Virus record (IMG/VR): IMGVR_UViG_3300042371_000472 | Coordinates: 1-64,000 of that record | DNA length: 64,000 bases | Origin: a virus | Reading direction: 5' to 3' (one strand) | In this document: positions 38,957 through 47,846 of the stretch, in pieces | How the letters are laid out: every line of letters starts with the position of its first letter | Position numbering within the stretch: position 1 is the stretch's first letter | Notes under the pieces: model-generated | Told to the model about the DNA's origin: nothing | The model's database searches: none | What the model saw: the letters and a program-made list of their open reading frames with translations, nothing else | Program-made: the position numbers and the translations under genes

Positions 38957-39730
38957 ATGACAACAAATGTCCAAAGTTTTGATGCTATCTCTACGGAGAG
39001 CGCACCAACCATGCCTAAGTCACCCAATACTGGTGTTGAACTTATCCGTGGAATTGAATTAGGAAGTGATTGGATTACAAACGCAATCGTTCGGGAAATG
39101 ACTGGTGAGGATGAAGAATTCCTTTCCAGTATGGAAGCCCGAACGACTTCTAACTATGGCGAGTATGTACTTGCATTGTTGAAGCGCGTTGTTGTTTCAA
39201 TTGGTGATATCTCAGTTAAGCAAACCCCAGCAGTTCTCAATGAGTTAATTATTGGGGATCGGGACTTGTTGTTCTTAGCGGTTATCCGTGCCACATACGG
39301 TGAAACGCGAGAATTCAAAGTCTCGTGTCCACATTGCAACCAGTCAAACGATCTACTTATTGACCTGCATTCTGACTTCCCAATTGAGGGAGATCAGGAA
39401 TCAGCCCGCAAGCCCATCAAGGTTGTCCTCAGGGATGGCTCAACACTCGTGTTGAATCACCCTAACTCTGATGACAGTGCGCGGATTGGTCGCTCAGGTA
39501 AAAATACAGCCCAACAGAACACCATGATGATCGCCCGTTGCGCTCAGATTGATGTGCCCAATAAAGAACAATGGGCACGGAATCTCAGTATCGCGGATCG
39601 TTCTACCATTATCAGTGCAGTATTCAGCGCCAAAGTTGGCCCGACTCCTCGGGAGGTGAATGCCCCGTGCGGACACTGTAGTGAGGAGATTACATTGATG
39701 TTTGACTGGGTCTCACTTTTATTCGGTTAA
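38957..39730 (+). CDS. Tail assembly chaperone / baseplate hub assembly protein
   Basis: VREMTGEDEE, GDRD-x-L-x3-IR-x-TYG, CPHC and CGHC. Confidence 0.8.
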   Translation: MTTNVQSFDAISTESAPTMPKSPNTGVELIRGIELGSDWITNAIVREMTGEDEEFLSSMEARTTSNYGEYVLALLKRVVVSIGDISVKQTPAVLNELIIGDRDLLFLAVIRATYGETREFKVSCPHCNQSNDLLIDLHSDFPIEGDQESARKPIKVVLRDGSTLVLNHPNSDDSARIGRSGKNTAQQNTMMIARCAQIDVPNKEQWARNLSIADRSTIISAVFSAKVGPTPREVNAPCGHCSEEITLMFDWVSLLFG

Positions 39731-39869
39731 TATTGATAATATATATTGGGAATACAACTCCATAGCCACTGTTTATAAAGGTTTTTCTTTAAATGAGATA
39801 AAGAACATGCCCGTCAGAGAACGGCTGTTCTGGGGAAAGTTAGCACGGTGGCAAAGTAACGGAGGGTAA
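39702..39869 (+). CDS. Chaperone C-terminal extension ORF in +1 frame (likely frameshift product)
   Basis: HFYSVNIDNIYWEYNSIATVYKGFSLNEIKNMPVRERLFWGKLARWQSNGG; no N-terminal ATG; TAA overlaps tape-measure ATG. Confidence 0.7.
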   Translation: MTGSHFYSVNIDNIYWEYNSIATVYKGFSLNEIKNMPVRERLFWGKLARWQSNGG

Positions 39870-42586
39870 TGATGACAGAACCAAACATTTCAGGAAATAG
39901 CAGTGGTTCTGCGTCTATGCCTGTTATTTCGGGTGACCAAAAGGGTCTTGCAAAACTAACAAAGCAAGCAAATGCTTTAAAAAGTGCCCTTGATGGTGTT
40001 GCTAAATCATTAGACCTAATTACCGTTAAGGGTAACAAGGCTGTCGCGGCTCTAAAGGGTATTAATGGTAGTAGCAGTGGTGTTACTACTGGTGCTACCC
40101 CAGGATCACAGGGTCACCCCACTCTAGTTAATAGTTCTCCTGTACCTACTACTAGTAGCAACACGCGGTACGCACTCAGTCCAGACGCGAGTGGTAGCGG
40201 TAGTAGCCGTGGTATGTCTGCATTGCAGGTATTCCAACAAAATGCTTCTCCATTTGCTATGGGAGTAGTCGGGGCGGCTACCGCAGTTGGTAGTGTGGTT
40301 GGTGCTGGTGTTTCGGCTATGGACGCGCGTATTGCGCGAGGATACGAATACTCATCATCCGCTGACAAGATGTCAGTCCTGTACCAGCAGATTACTGGTC
40401 TCAGTAATGCTGGTGTCCGTAGTGCTTATCGCCAGCCTTTAACTAATTACCGCCTTGGTCAAAATGGCATCAACGCCCTAATGGGAATGCAGGCATCTAC
40501 TGGTATTAGCGCCCTTGGTAACGCTTCTACTGTTGAGGGTCTGAACGCTCTATCGGGATACAGCCTTGGTGCTGAGGGTGTTACCAGCATGCTCACTAGT
40601 TTGGGTAGCGCCCAAACCACTAACCGTATGTTCATGATGACTGGTCAAAGTCTATATATGCCTGGGGGTGGTCAGCGTAGTGGTACGGAAGTTATTCAAA
40701 ACTTGGCGCGAGCATCGGGTTTAATGAACCTCAGAAATCCTGGTGGGGCATTACAACAAGGAAGTAACACTCGTGCCCGCTTGGCAGACATGGGTGTGGA
40801 TACTGCTACACAGGACCTAGTTATCCAGTACGCCATGGCAAACCAAAAATATGGTGCCAAGGGCGGCAAGGGAATGTACGACCCTTCCAGTAAATCCCAA
40901 AGACAATTTGTAGGTATTGAAGATAACTTTGCTACTCAAATTGAAGAAACTATGAAGGTTAAGACTAACCGTGAAGAAGACTTCTACGGTCGTCAACAGG
41001 ATAATTTTGCCAAACTTGAAAAAGCAACCCAAAGCCTTGAAGAAATGTTTGGAAGACTTGAAGACAGACTCCAAGGAATTATTGGTAAGGGTATTGAAAC
41101 CAAACCTGGTCGTAAGATCGCTGGTGGTGCACTTAAGGCAGTAGGGCCAGCCGCTATGTTGGCTGGTGCCGCAATGTCTTCTACTGGTGCTGGCGCCGCG
41201 TTTGGTGTACCACTAATGGCTCTTGGAGCGTTGGCAACTGCTTTTGGTTCATCCATAGATGGGGGTGACCCAGGTCCTGGGCGTAATCTACCCTCAATCG
41301 GTAAAACTGGTGACCCAAACACAGCAGGTGGTTCAGGGAAAATGCACCCTACGATGCAACAGCGCGTGGATCAACTTGTTGCCGCTTCAGGTGGCAAGGT
41401 GGGTATTGGTCAAGGTTACCGAAGTAAGGCTGAGCAAGAAACTATGTTCCGCTCGCGCTACCGTAAGACTTCTAGCCCTACCGATGCTAACGGTAAGAAG
41501 AATTGGGAATGGGATGGTTCTTACTGGGAGCATGTAAGTGGCGCTCAAGCCGCACCCCCTGGACGATCAATGCACGAAATTGGTCTTGCGGCTGACTTAA
41601 CTGGTGATATGGCTTGGGTACAAGCAAACGCTGGTCGTTTTGGTTTGAAACATTTTGCGGGCATGGGAGAACCTTGGCATGTCCAGCCAGCAGAACTCCC
41701 TAATGGTCGTACTGAGTATGAAAAGCAGGGACGCCCTTGGGGTGGAGAACCAATGTCATCAGGAAGTGGGCCATCAGGGAAAACGGAACACACTCGTGAT
41801 TCATATACTGGTGGTAATACAACTACTGCGGGTATAACCACAGCATCCTTTGCAGGAATGAGTATGGCTGATGCTATCGCTTCCTTCCGAGCAAGTGGGT
41901 TCCTTGGTTCTACTGGATTAAGTGGTGGCTCAGGCAGTCCGAGACGACGAGGTGGTGGTGCTGGGTCTACACCTAACTCCACTCCGACAAAAACAGGTGG
42001 TCAGTTATCTGGTGAAGATGTAGCGCGTTTTGCATATAACGCTGGATTCCGTGGTGAGAATTTAGTTAAGGCAGTCGCTATTGCTTACCGTGAAAGTAGG
42101 TGGAATGCAGGGTCATATAACCCTGATGCTTCTACTAAGGACCTTTCATATGGTCTTATGCAGATCAACATGCTGGGTGCCCTAGGTCCGGCGCGTCTTA
42201 AGCAATTTGGTCTTTCTAAAAATGAAGACCTTTATGATCCTGCGATAAATATGAAAGCCGCCTTTCAGATGTCTGGTGGTAATAATTTCTATGCATGGGG
42301 TCCTTATAAGGGTAAGGACCCGTTATATAGCACTAACCCTGAAGCCGCCCGACAAGCGGTAACAAATGCGGGTTTTAGTACAGAGGGTGACCCTGACATC
42401 CGTTCCTCAGCGCGAGGTAGTGGTATGAGTGTTTCTACTTTAACAACTGGGGCAACTTTTAACATCTCACCAGTAATTAATGTTAATGGTGGTGGTAACC
42501 CGCAGGCTGACGCACAAGTAATTGCCCGTGAGGTAGTAACAATTATTGAGCGCGAAATGCGATTAAAGAATATGAGGAATGCATAA
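39869..42586 (+). CDS. Tape measure protein with M15-like peptidase and lytic transglycosylase domains
   Basis: GYRS-x3-Q...SMHEIGLAAD...EPWH; AIAYRES...SYGLMQIN. Confidence 0.85.
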   Translation: MMTEPNISGNSSGSASMPVISGDQKGLAKLTKQANALKSALDGVAKSLDLITVKGNKAVAALKGINGSSSGVTTGATPGSQGHPTLVNSSPVPTTSSNTRYALSPDASGSGSSRGMSALQVFQQNASPFAMGVVGAATAVGSVVGAGVSAMDARIARGYEYSSSADKMSVLYQQITGLSNAGVRSAYRQPLTNYRLGQNGINALMGMQASTGISALGNASTVEGLNALSGYSLGAEGVTSMLTSLGSAQTTNRMFMMTGQSLYMPGGGQRSGTEVIQNLARASGLMNLRNPGGALQQGSNTRARLADMGVDTATQDLVIQYAMANQKYGAKGGKGMYDPSSKSQRQFVGIEDNFATQIEETMKVKTNREEDFYGRQQDNFAKLEKATQSLEEMFGRLEDRLQGIIGKGIETKPGRKIAGGALKAVGPAAMLAGAAMSSTGAGAAFGVPLMALGALATAFGSSIDGGDPGPGRNLPSIGKTGDPNTAGGSGKMHPTMQQRVDQLVAASGGKVGIGQGYRSKAEQETMFRSRYRKTSSPTDANGKKNWEWDGSYWEHVSGAQAAPPGRSMHEIGLAADLTGDMAWVQANAGRFGLKHFAGMGEPWHVQPAELPNGRTEYEKQGRPWGGEPMSSGSGPSGKTEHTRDSYTGGNTTTAGITTASFAGMSMADAIASFRASGFLGSTGLSGGSGSPRRRGGGAGSTPNSTPTKTGGQLSGEDVARFAYNAGFRGENLVKAVAIAYRESRWNAGSYNPDASTKDLSYGLMQINMLGALGPARLKQFGLSKNEDLYDPAINMKAAFQMSGGNNFYAWGPYKGKDPLYSTNPEAARQAVTNAGFSTEGDPDIRSSARGSGMSVSTLTTGATFNISPVINVNGGGNPQADAQVIAREVVTIIEREMRLKNMRNA

Positions 42587-44424
42587 TGGCAATTAACTCT
42601 TATACATCAAACCAGTGGTATAACTACCCAACTGGCGTGACTGGTCCAGGTAACCACAAGTCTTTAGCGCGCACTAATAAAGACAATCCTGAGTTTATGT
42701 TCCCAGGAAACCCTCGTAAAAATCTTGGTATTGGAGGACAAGATACTAAAATTCAACGAGGTTTTATGCGTTGCCTATTGACTGAGATTGACGGGGCACC
42801 AAAAGATTTACCTAACCGAAGGTTCTTCTTTCAATTTAACCCTGAGCGCATTATGCGTAGTGTTTCACTTTCTAGTGGTATGACAAATGTATTATTTCAA
42901 GACCCAGGTCAGTTTTCTGTTGCAACTCCAGGTAACGCCACTTTCTCATTTGACATCATGCTTAACCGAGAGATGGAAGTTAACAACCATACTAACTTCT
43001 CAGGTAAAAGAACAACTGATGTTCCCCCGCCCCTTAACCTTAATGACCTTAACAATATTGTAGGTAACGGAATTGGAACACCAACTGGGCAGGATGTCGG
43101 TCAGATTGGTGTACTCGCAGACCTGATGATTATGGACAGTATTATTGGTCAAGGTATTTCTGACGATATTATTTCTGCTTTATCTAAATTGACTAGCCGC
43201 AGTAGCACATGGGATTCATCAGACTCATCGTCAGGGGCATCTGCTGGTACTGACCCTAACTTTATTTCAGAGACAGATGCAAGTAACGCTTTTAAAGCAA
43301 TTCGTGGTAACAGCGCATTTCTAGTAAGCACACCAGTCCGCATTGTGTTCTCGTCAATGTTTATGGTTGATGGTTTTATCCAAGCATCATCTGTCAACTT
43401 TACAAAGTTCAATAACAGCATGGTGCCAACTATGTGCGTCATTAATGTTCAAGTTGAGGCAAAGTACATTGGATTTGCTAAAAAAGATACATATTTGACT
43501 CAATCATTAAATGAATTAAGACCCGCACCTACATCTGCTGACGCTGGGGCGGGTGCACCTAAAAATATAGTTGGCGACCCAGAGGAATACGCTTTATTAT
43601 TAAAAGCAATATCAGATTCAAGTAATTATCAAATACATGTTGCTGGTATAAATGACAACTCTGCTGGATGGACTCCCGGTAATGTGGATGGACCTGTTCC
43701 TGGTAATTACAGAATAATGGACTTACTCAGTTTTGATAATCTTTTACTAAGAATGGGTTTTGTAGATTCTGATGAAGATACAACTAAAAAAGGTCTTGGA
43801 AAGTTATTCTATGATTCAAATTATAAATTAACTGTTAAACATACACCAAGAGTTCGTGTATGGAGATCATTTAGTGGTAATGAACAAGATGAAGAAAAAA
43901 TTAATGGAAGAACGGCAACCTTTGGTGATAAAGGTCCAGGCACATTAGAAAAAAGTTTCCAGAATTGGCTGATTCGTGCTGTGGTACGGAATGTTCTACT
44001 TCTAGATGTAGAGGGAACTCCAGTAGTAATTAATGATTTGGCGGGATGGAAAAAGTACCGATCATACGGTGGTGGCAATTCAGATTTTGGTGATGTAAAA
44101 ACTGTGGATAAAAACTATGACAATAAAGAAAATCGTGTATTTTCTAAAGCATCAGATAATGGTGTATCTAAATCTGTGGCTAAGTCACTGTTTTTTCAGG
44201 GTGTAAACGCGGATAACGCCGACGATATCGTATTACTTGTAGAGTATAGTTTAGATATAGAAGCAACAATACAAAGATCAGACGGTAAAAACTCAACTGT
44301 ATTTTTACCTTTTACTAAAAAAGTATTTCAAAAACGAAAATCTATGATTTATGCAGATATGAAAATGCAAATATATGGTAGCCAAACCACCACTACTGGT
44401 GGAGGGGGCGGGGGTAGTTTTTAA
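42586..44424 (+). CDS. Tail tube initiator / baseplate protein
   Basis: FQFNPE, PVRIVF, GFIQASSVNF-x2-F...PT. Confidence 0.65.
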   Translation: MAINSYTSNQWYNYPTGVTGPGNHKSLARTNKDNPEFMFPGNPRKNLGIGGQDTKIQRGFMRCLLTEIDGAPKDLPNRRFFFQFNPERIMRSVSLSSGMTNVLFQDPGQFSVATPGNATFSFDIMLNREMEVNNHTNFSGKRTTDVPPPLNLNDLNNIVGNGIGTPTGQDVGQIGVLADLMIMDSIIGQGISDDIISALSKLTSRSSTWDSSDSSSGASAGTDPNFISETDASNAFKAIRGNSAFLVSTPVRIVFSSMFMVDGFIQASSVNFTKFNNSMVPTMCVINVQVEAKYIGFAKKDTYLTQSLNELRPAPTSADAGAGAPKNIVGDPEEYALLLKAISDSSNYQIHVAGINDNSAGWTPGNVDGPVPGNYRIMDLLSFDNLLLRMGFVDSDEDTTKKGLGKLFYDSNYKLTVKHTPRVRVWRSFSGNEQDEEKINGRTATFGDKGPGTLEKSFQNWLIRAVVRNVLLLDVEGTPVVINDLAGWKKYRSYGGGNSDFGDVKTVDKNYDNKENRVFSKASDNGVSKSVAKSLFFQGVNADNADDIVLLVEYSLDIEATIQRSDGKNSTVFLPFTKKVFQKRKSMIYADMKMQIYGSQTTTTGGGGGGSF

Positions 44425-44426
44425 CT

Positions 44427-44687
44427 ATGGCATTCGTACAGTCAATTTCTCGTTACTTCACACAACCATCTCCCGATGGCAGTGGTTCATATGTGTCTAC
44501 TCGTAAATATGGTGATGGATCAAAATATTATAGTTACACATCAGTAGAGGGTGATACTTTTGACCGCCTTGCATATCGTACTTTATTTGATCCAGAACGC
44601 TATTGGGAAATTGCAGACCTGAATCCACATGTTCCTTTTCCCGATGAAATACCCGTAGGCACCTTGGTTCGGATTCCAATTAAATGA
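44427..44687 (+). CDS. LysM-like baseplate protein (gpX-like)
   Basis: EGDTFDRLA...YWEIADLNP...GTLVRIP. Confidence 0.85.
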   Translation: MAFVQSISRYFTQPSPDGSGSYVSTRKYGDGSKYYSYTSVEGDTFDRLAYRTLFDPERYWEIADLNPHVPFPDEIPVGTLVRIPIK

Positions 44688-45847
44688 TCTTTACATCGCA
44701 TAGCCGCATATCACCAAATATTAACTTTGTGATAGACAACGCCCCTATGCGATATATGTCTATTGTTCAAATGGAGTTGGGACTTGCTGAAAACCAGCAT
44801 GACATCCTGCGTGTCCGAGTGGCTGGTGTACCACCGCGATTACTTACAGAATACTTATCCAAACCCGTCCTTTGTTACTGGGGATTTGGCGTAGATAAAC
44901 ATGAGTTCTGTGGGTACATCGCATCAGTTGAACCTTCATTTAGAAACTCTGACGGTGTAATTAATGGGAGTACCTTCCAACTAGTTGAACTTGTGTGTAT
45001 GGGTGCCTCATATAACATGCGCGCTAAGAAAACACGGCTGTGGGAAAACGCATCTATTCAAAGTGTTGCGATAACCCTGGCAGACGAATATAAGTTCAGC
45101 GTATCTACAGTCTCTGAGTCATTTGCATACCCGCGCATTGTTCAGTCAGAAGAATCTGACTGGGAGTTTTTAAACAAGGTCGCAGATATGTATGGTCTGT
45201 CTGTGTCAATGCATGGCACACACATACATGTATGGAACCCAATGAATTCATTGGGGCGCCAAATCTCATACCATCAACTCAAAAATGTTAAAGCGCGTAA
45301 TGGTGACCCTAAAACTTACCCCGCAATGATTCTGTCAATGCAGGGAGTATTTGGTGACTCTATTGATCCACTAAGCAGTCATACGCTGTTGGCAACCGTG
45401 TTAGATAACCAGGGTAAAACTTATACATCAAATAACTTTAATGAAACTACTGGATTTGGTAAACCTATTGATATAAACATTACTGACAGTATTAGTATTA
45501 ACGCCACCTCTACTACTATGGCAGATACTATTGTTACGGCTAATAGCCGTGGCATTAACACCCTTACCGCAAAGTTATCCTTAACTGGTACTGCGGGAGT
45601 GCTACCGGGTGGGATTGTCAGTATTTCTAATTTTGAATCTAACTTTGAGGGATTTTGGTATGTCAAAGAGGTTACCCATACAGTTACTCGTGATGAGTTC
45701 TTTACACAAATGACTGTGTCGCGCAAAGATACAAACGATATCAATGCGTACATGACTATGCAGTCAACTATGCCTGAGGTACCAGAGTCGTCGTTTGTGA
45801 ATGGTATTTGGCGTTCATCTAGACAAATGGAGGATATCTATGTTTAA
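44684..45847 (+). CDS. Baseplate hub (gpD/gp27-like)
   Basis: QSEESDWEFL-x3-A; GFWYVKEVTH. Confidence 0.8.
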   Translation: MIFTSHSRISPNINFVIDNAPMRYMSIVQMELGLAENQHDILRVRVAGVPPRLLTEYLSKPVLCYWGFGVDKHEFCGYIASVEPSFRNSDGVINGSTFQLVELVCMGASYNMRAKKTRLWENASIQSVAITLADEYKFSVSTVSESFAYPRIVQSEESDWEFLNKVADMYGLSVSMHGTHIHVWNPMNSLGRQISYHQLKNVKARNGDPKTYPAMILSMQGVFGDSIDPLSSHTLLATVLDNQGKTYTSNNFNETTGFGKPIDINITDSISINATSTTMADTIVTANSRGINTLTAKLSLTGTAGVLPGGIVSISNFESNFEGFWYVKEVTHTVTRDEFFTQMTVSRKDTNDINAYMTMQSTMPEVPESSFVNGIWRSSRQMEDIYV

Positions 45848-45959
45848 AGTAATCCTTAAAGGAATTTTAATAACTCTTATTGGAGCATTTATTATGAGCA
45901 GTTATGTTTCATGGTGCGCCTACGGTTTGTACAAAAGTGTTCATGGTGATACCAAATGA
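45840..45959 (+). CDS. 39-aa membrane peptide at the usual spike-gene position (not in ORF track)
   Basis: MFKVILKGILITLIGAFIMSSYVSWCAYGLYKSVHGDTK; GGAGG RBS; overlaps both neighbours. Confidence 0.55.
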   Translation: MFKVILKGILITLIGAFIMSSYVSWCAYGLYKSVHGDTK

Positions 45960-46357
45960 AAGCAATATACTTACCATTTCAATTTAAGAATGGTGGTATC
46001 GCCACGGTTGGTGACTTTGATGCCATTATTAAACAACAAATCTTAGATGTCTTGACAGTATCTAGGCAGGAGCGTGTTATGCGCCCTGATTATGGTGTTG
46101 GCGCATATGGCATGCTGTATGAATTAATTGATCCGCTTGTTTGGGAAGACTTTAAAGAAGTCGCTATGCGGGAAATCTCTGACAATGTTCGTGGTGTGGC
46201 TATCCGAGATATTGTTATATCGGATAAGGACCAAAGCCAAATGTCAAATACACAGACATCCATATCTATATCTGTATTTTATGAAATATTACCATCACAA
46301 AAATCCAGTGTTACACTGAGTGTGAGCGACTTCTTAAGTGAGGATAACTATGCCTAA
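45956..46357 (+). CDS. Baseplate wedge gp25/gpW-like
   Basis: LPF...ERVMRPDYG. Confidence 0.9.
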   Translation: MKAIYLPFQFKNGGIATVGDFDAIIKQQILDVLTVSRQERVMRPDYGVGAYGMLYELIDPLVWEDFKEVAMREISDNVRGVAIRDIVISDKDQSQMSNTQTSISISVFYEILPSQKSSVTLSVSDFLSEDNYA

Positions 46358-47846
46358 TTTTGACTACACATCACGAGACTATAACGCTATTCGCTCGTCC
46401 CTTCAGGCACGAGCATCTAGTTCTACACCGGAATGGTCAGGGAGTGATCCCTCAGACTTTATGTCATCTTTGATTGACTTATGGGCATACAACGCAGATA
46501 TTCTTCATTATTATATTGACCGTGCTTCTACTGAAGCATTCTTATCAACTGCCACCCAGCGTGAAAGTGTTCTGGCAATGGCTAATCTTTATGGCTACAC
46601 GCCTAACTACATGCGTTCCTCTACTGCTACTTTAACACTCACTAACAGCGGTGCCTCCGTATCTATTGCGGCAAACACTCCATTTGTATCAACTGATGGT
46701 TTGTACTTTTTTAATGAAACAGCAACGACTATTCCTGCACTATCAACGGGAACCGTAGTGGTTCGTCAGGGAGTTAAATACTCAAATGAACCTGCTATTT
46801 CAGATGCTAATGCAACATTAACTAAGAGCAATGGTAATGCTAGTCAAAGATTTAATATCTATCGCCAAAGTGTAGATGCTGAGTCGGTCGTTGTGAATGT
46901 CGCTGAGGGTTCTTTTGGTGAAATTAAAACTTGGACACGAGTTAATGGCCTTACCTCATATGGCCCCGATGACTCGGTATTTGCAGTAGCGGTTACCTCA
47001 TCGGGGGTAACTCAGGTTGTATTTGGTAATGGCATCAACGGACGCATTCCGCCAATCAACTCACCAATCACAGTTACCTATATTCAATCCGCTGGTGCTG
47101 TCGGTAATGTTGCGGCTGGAACAATCACTACTATTGGTAACAGTCTGTACCCAACCATTACCTCAGTAACAAATGCTGTAGCGGCTGGTGGGGGCTTAGA
47201 TTTTGAAAGTATTGACGCAATTAAACAAGCCATCCCTAGTACCGTTCGGACACGCAATGGTGCAGTGACACTCTCTGACTTTGCTGATATTGCTTTAACA
47301 ATTCAGGGTGTTTCTAAGGCTGTTATCTCGTACCTCGGATCAGCCTCTACTGGTGCTTCCATCACAGCAACAGTGCTTGATAATCAAACAGCGTACCTTA
47401 CGGATGGTTCCGCCTCTGTGAGTGTCCCACAAACACTTCGTGACCGCGTTTCACGCGAGTTGTTGGAAAACGCAATGCTTGGAGTAACTCTTATTAATGT
47501 GCCATCTTCAGTTAGTTTTACTAAAATTTATGTATATTTAGATTTGTTTGTTACCTCTAACTACATTCAATCAGTTGTTAAAGCCGAAGTACAGAGCGCA
47601 TTAGAATCGCTATTTGCTTTTGGGAGTGTATCTTTTGGAGACACGGTAACTGTGGGTGAGATTTACCGAACAGCCATGGCTATTGCTGGTGTTGATTATG
47701 TGATTGTTAAAGGGTTTACTACCAGTACGGTAGGCACTCCTTCAACTACGATTGATAATAACGGAAAAATTACCGTAGCCTCTAATCAACTTCCAAAGTT
47801 GGGTATTGTTACTATTACACCTACTGGAGGAGTGGCGGCAGTCTAA
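46350..47846 (+). CDS. Baseplate J-like protein
   Basis: DYTSRDY, EAFLSTA-x2-RES, FGNGINGRIP, GGLDFES, AVTLSDF. Confidence 0.9.
   Translation: MPNFDYTSRDYNAIRSSLQARASSSTPEWSGSDPSDFMSSLIDLWAYNADILHYYIDRASTEAFLSTATQRESVLAMANLYGYTPNYMRSSTATLTLTNSGASVSIAANTPFVSTDGLYFFNETATTIPALSTGTVVVRQGVKYSNEPAISDANATLTKSNGNASQRFNIYRQSVDAESVVVNVAEGSFGEIKTWTRVNGLTSYGPDDSVFAVAVTSSGVTQVVFGNGINGRIPPINSPITVTYIQSAGAVGNVAAGTITTIGNSLYPTITSVTNAVAAGGGLDFESIDAIKQAIPSTVRTRNGAVTLSDFADIALTIQGVSKAVISYLGSASTGASITATVLDNQTAYLTDGSASVSVPQTLRDRVSRELLENAMLGVTLINVPSSVSFTKIYVYLDLFVTSNYIQSVVKAEVQSALESLFAFGSVSFGDTVTVGEIYRTAMAIAGVDYVIVKGFTTSTVGTPSTTIDNNGKITVASNQLPKLGIVTITPTGGVAAV

Noticed and set aside
36730-47846. Extracellular contractile injection system or tailocin
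   Set aside because: Terminase, portal, scaffold, capsid and replication genes show a complete phage
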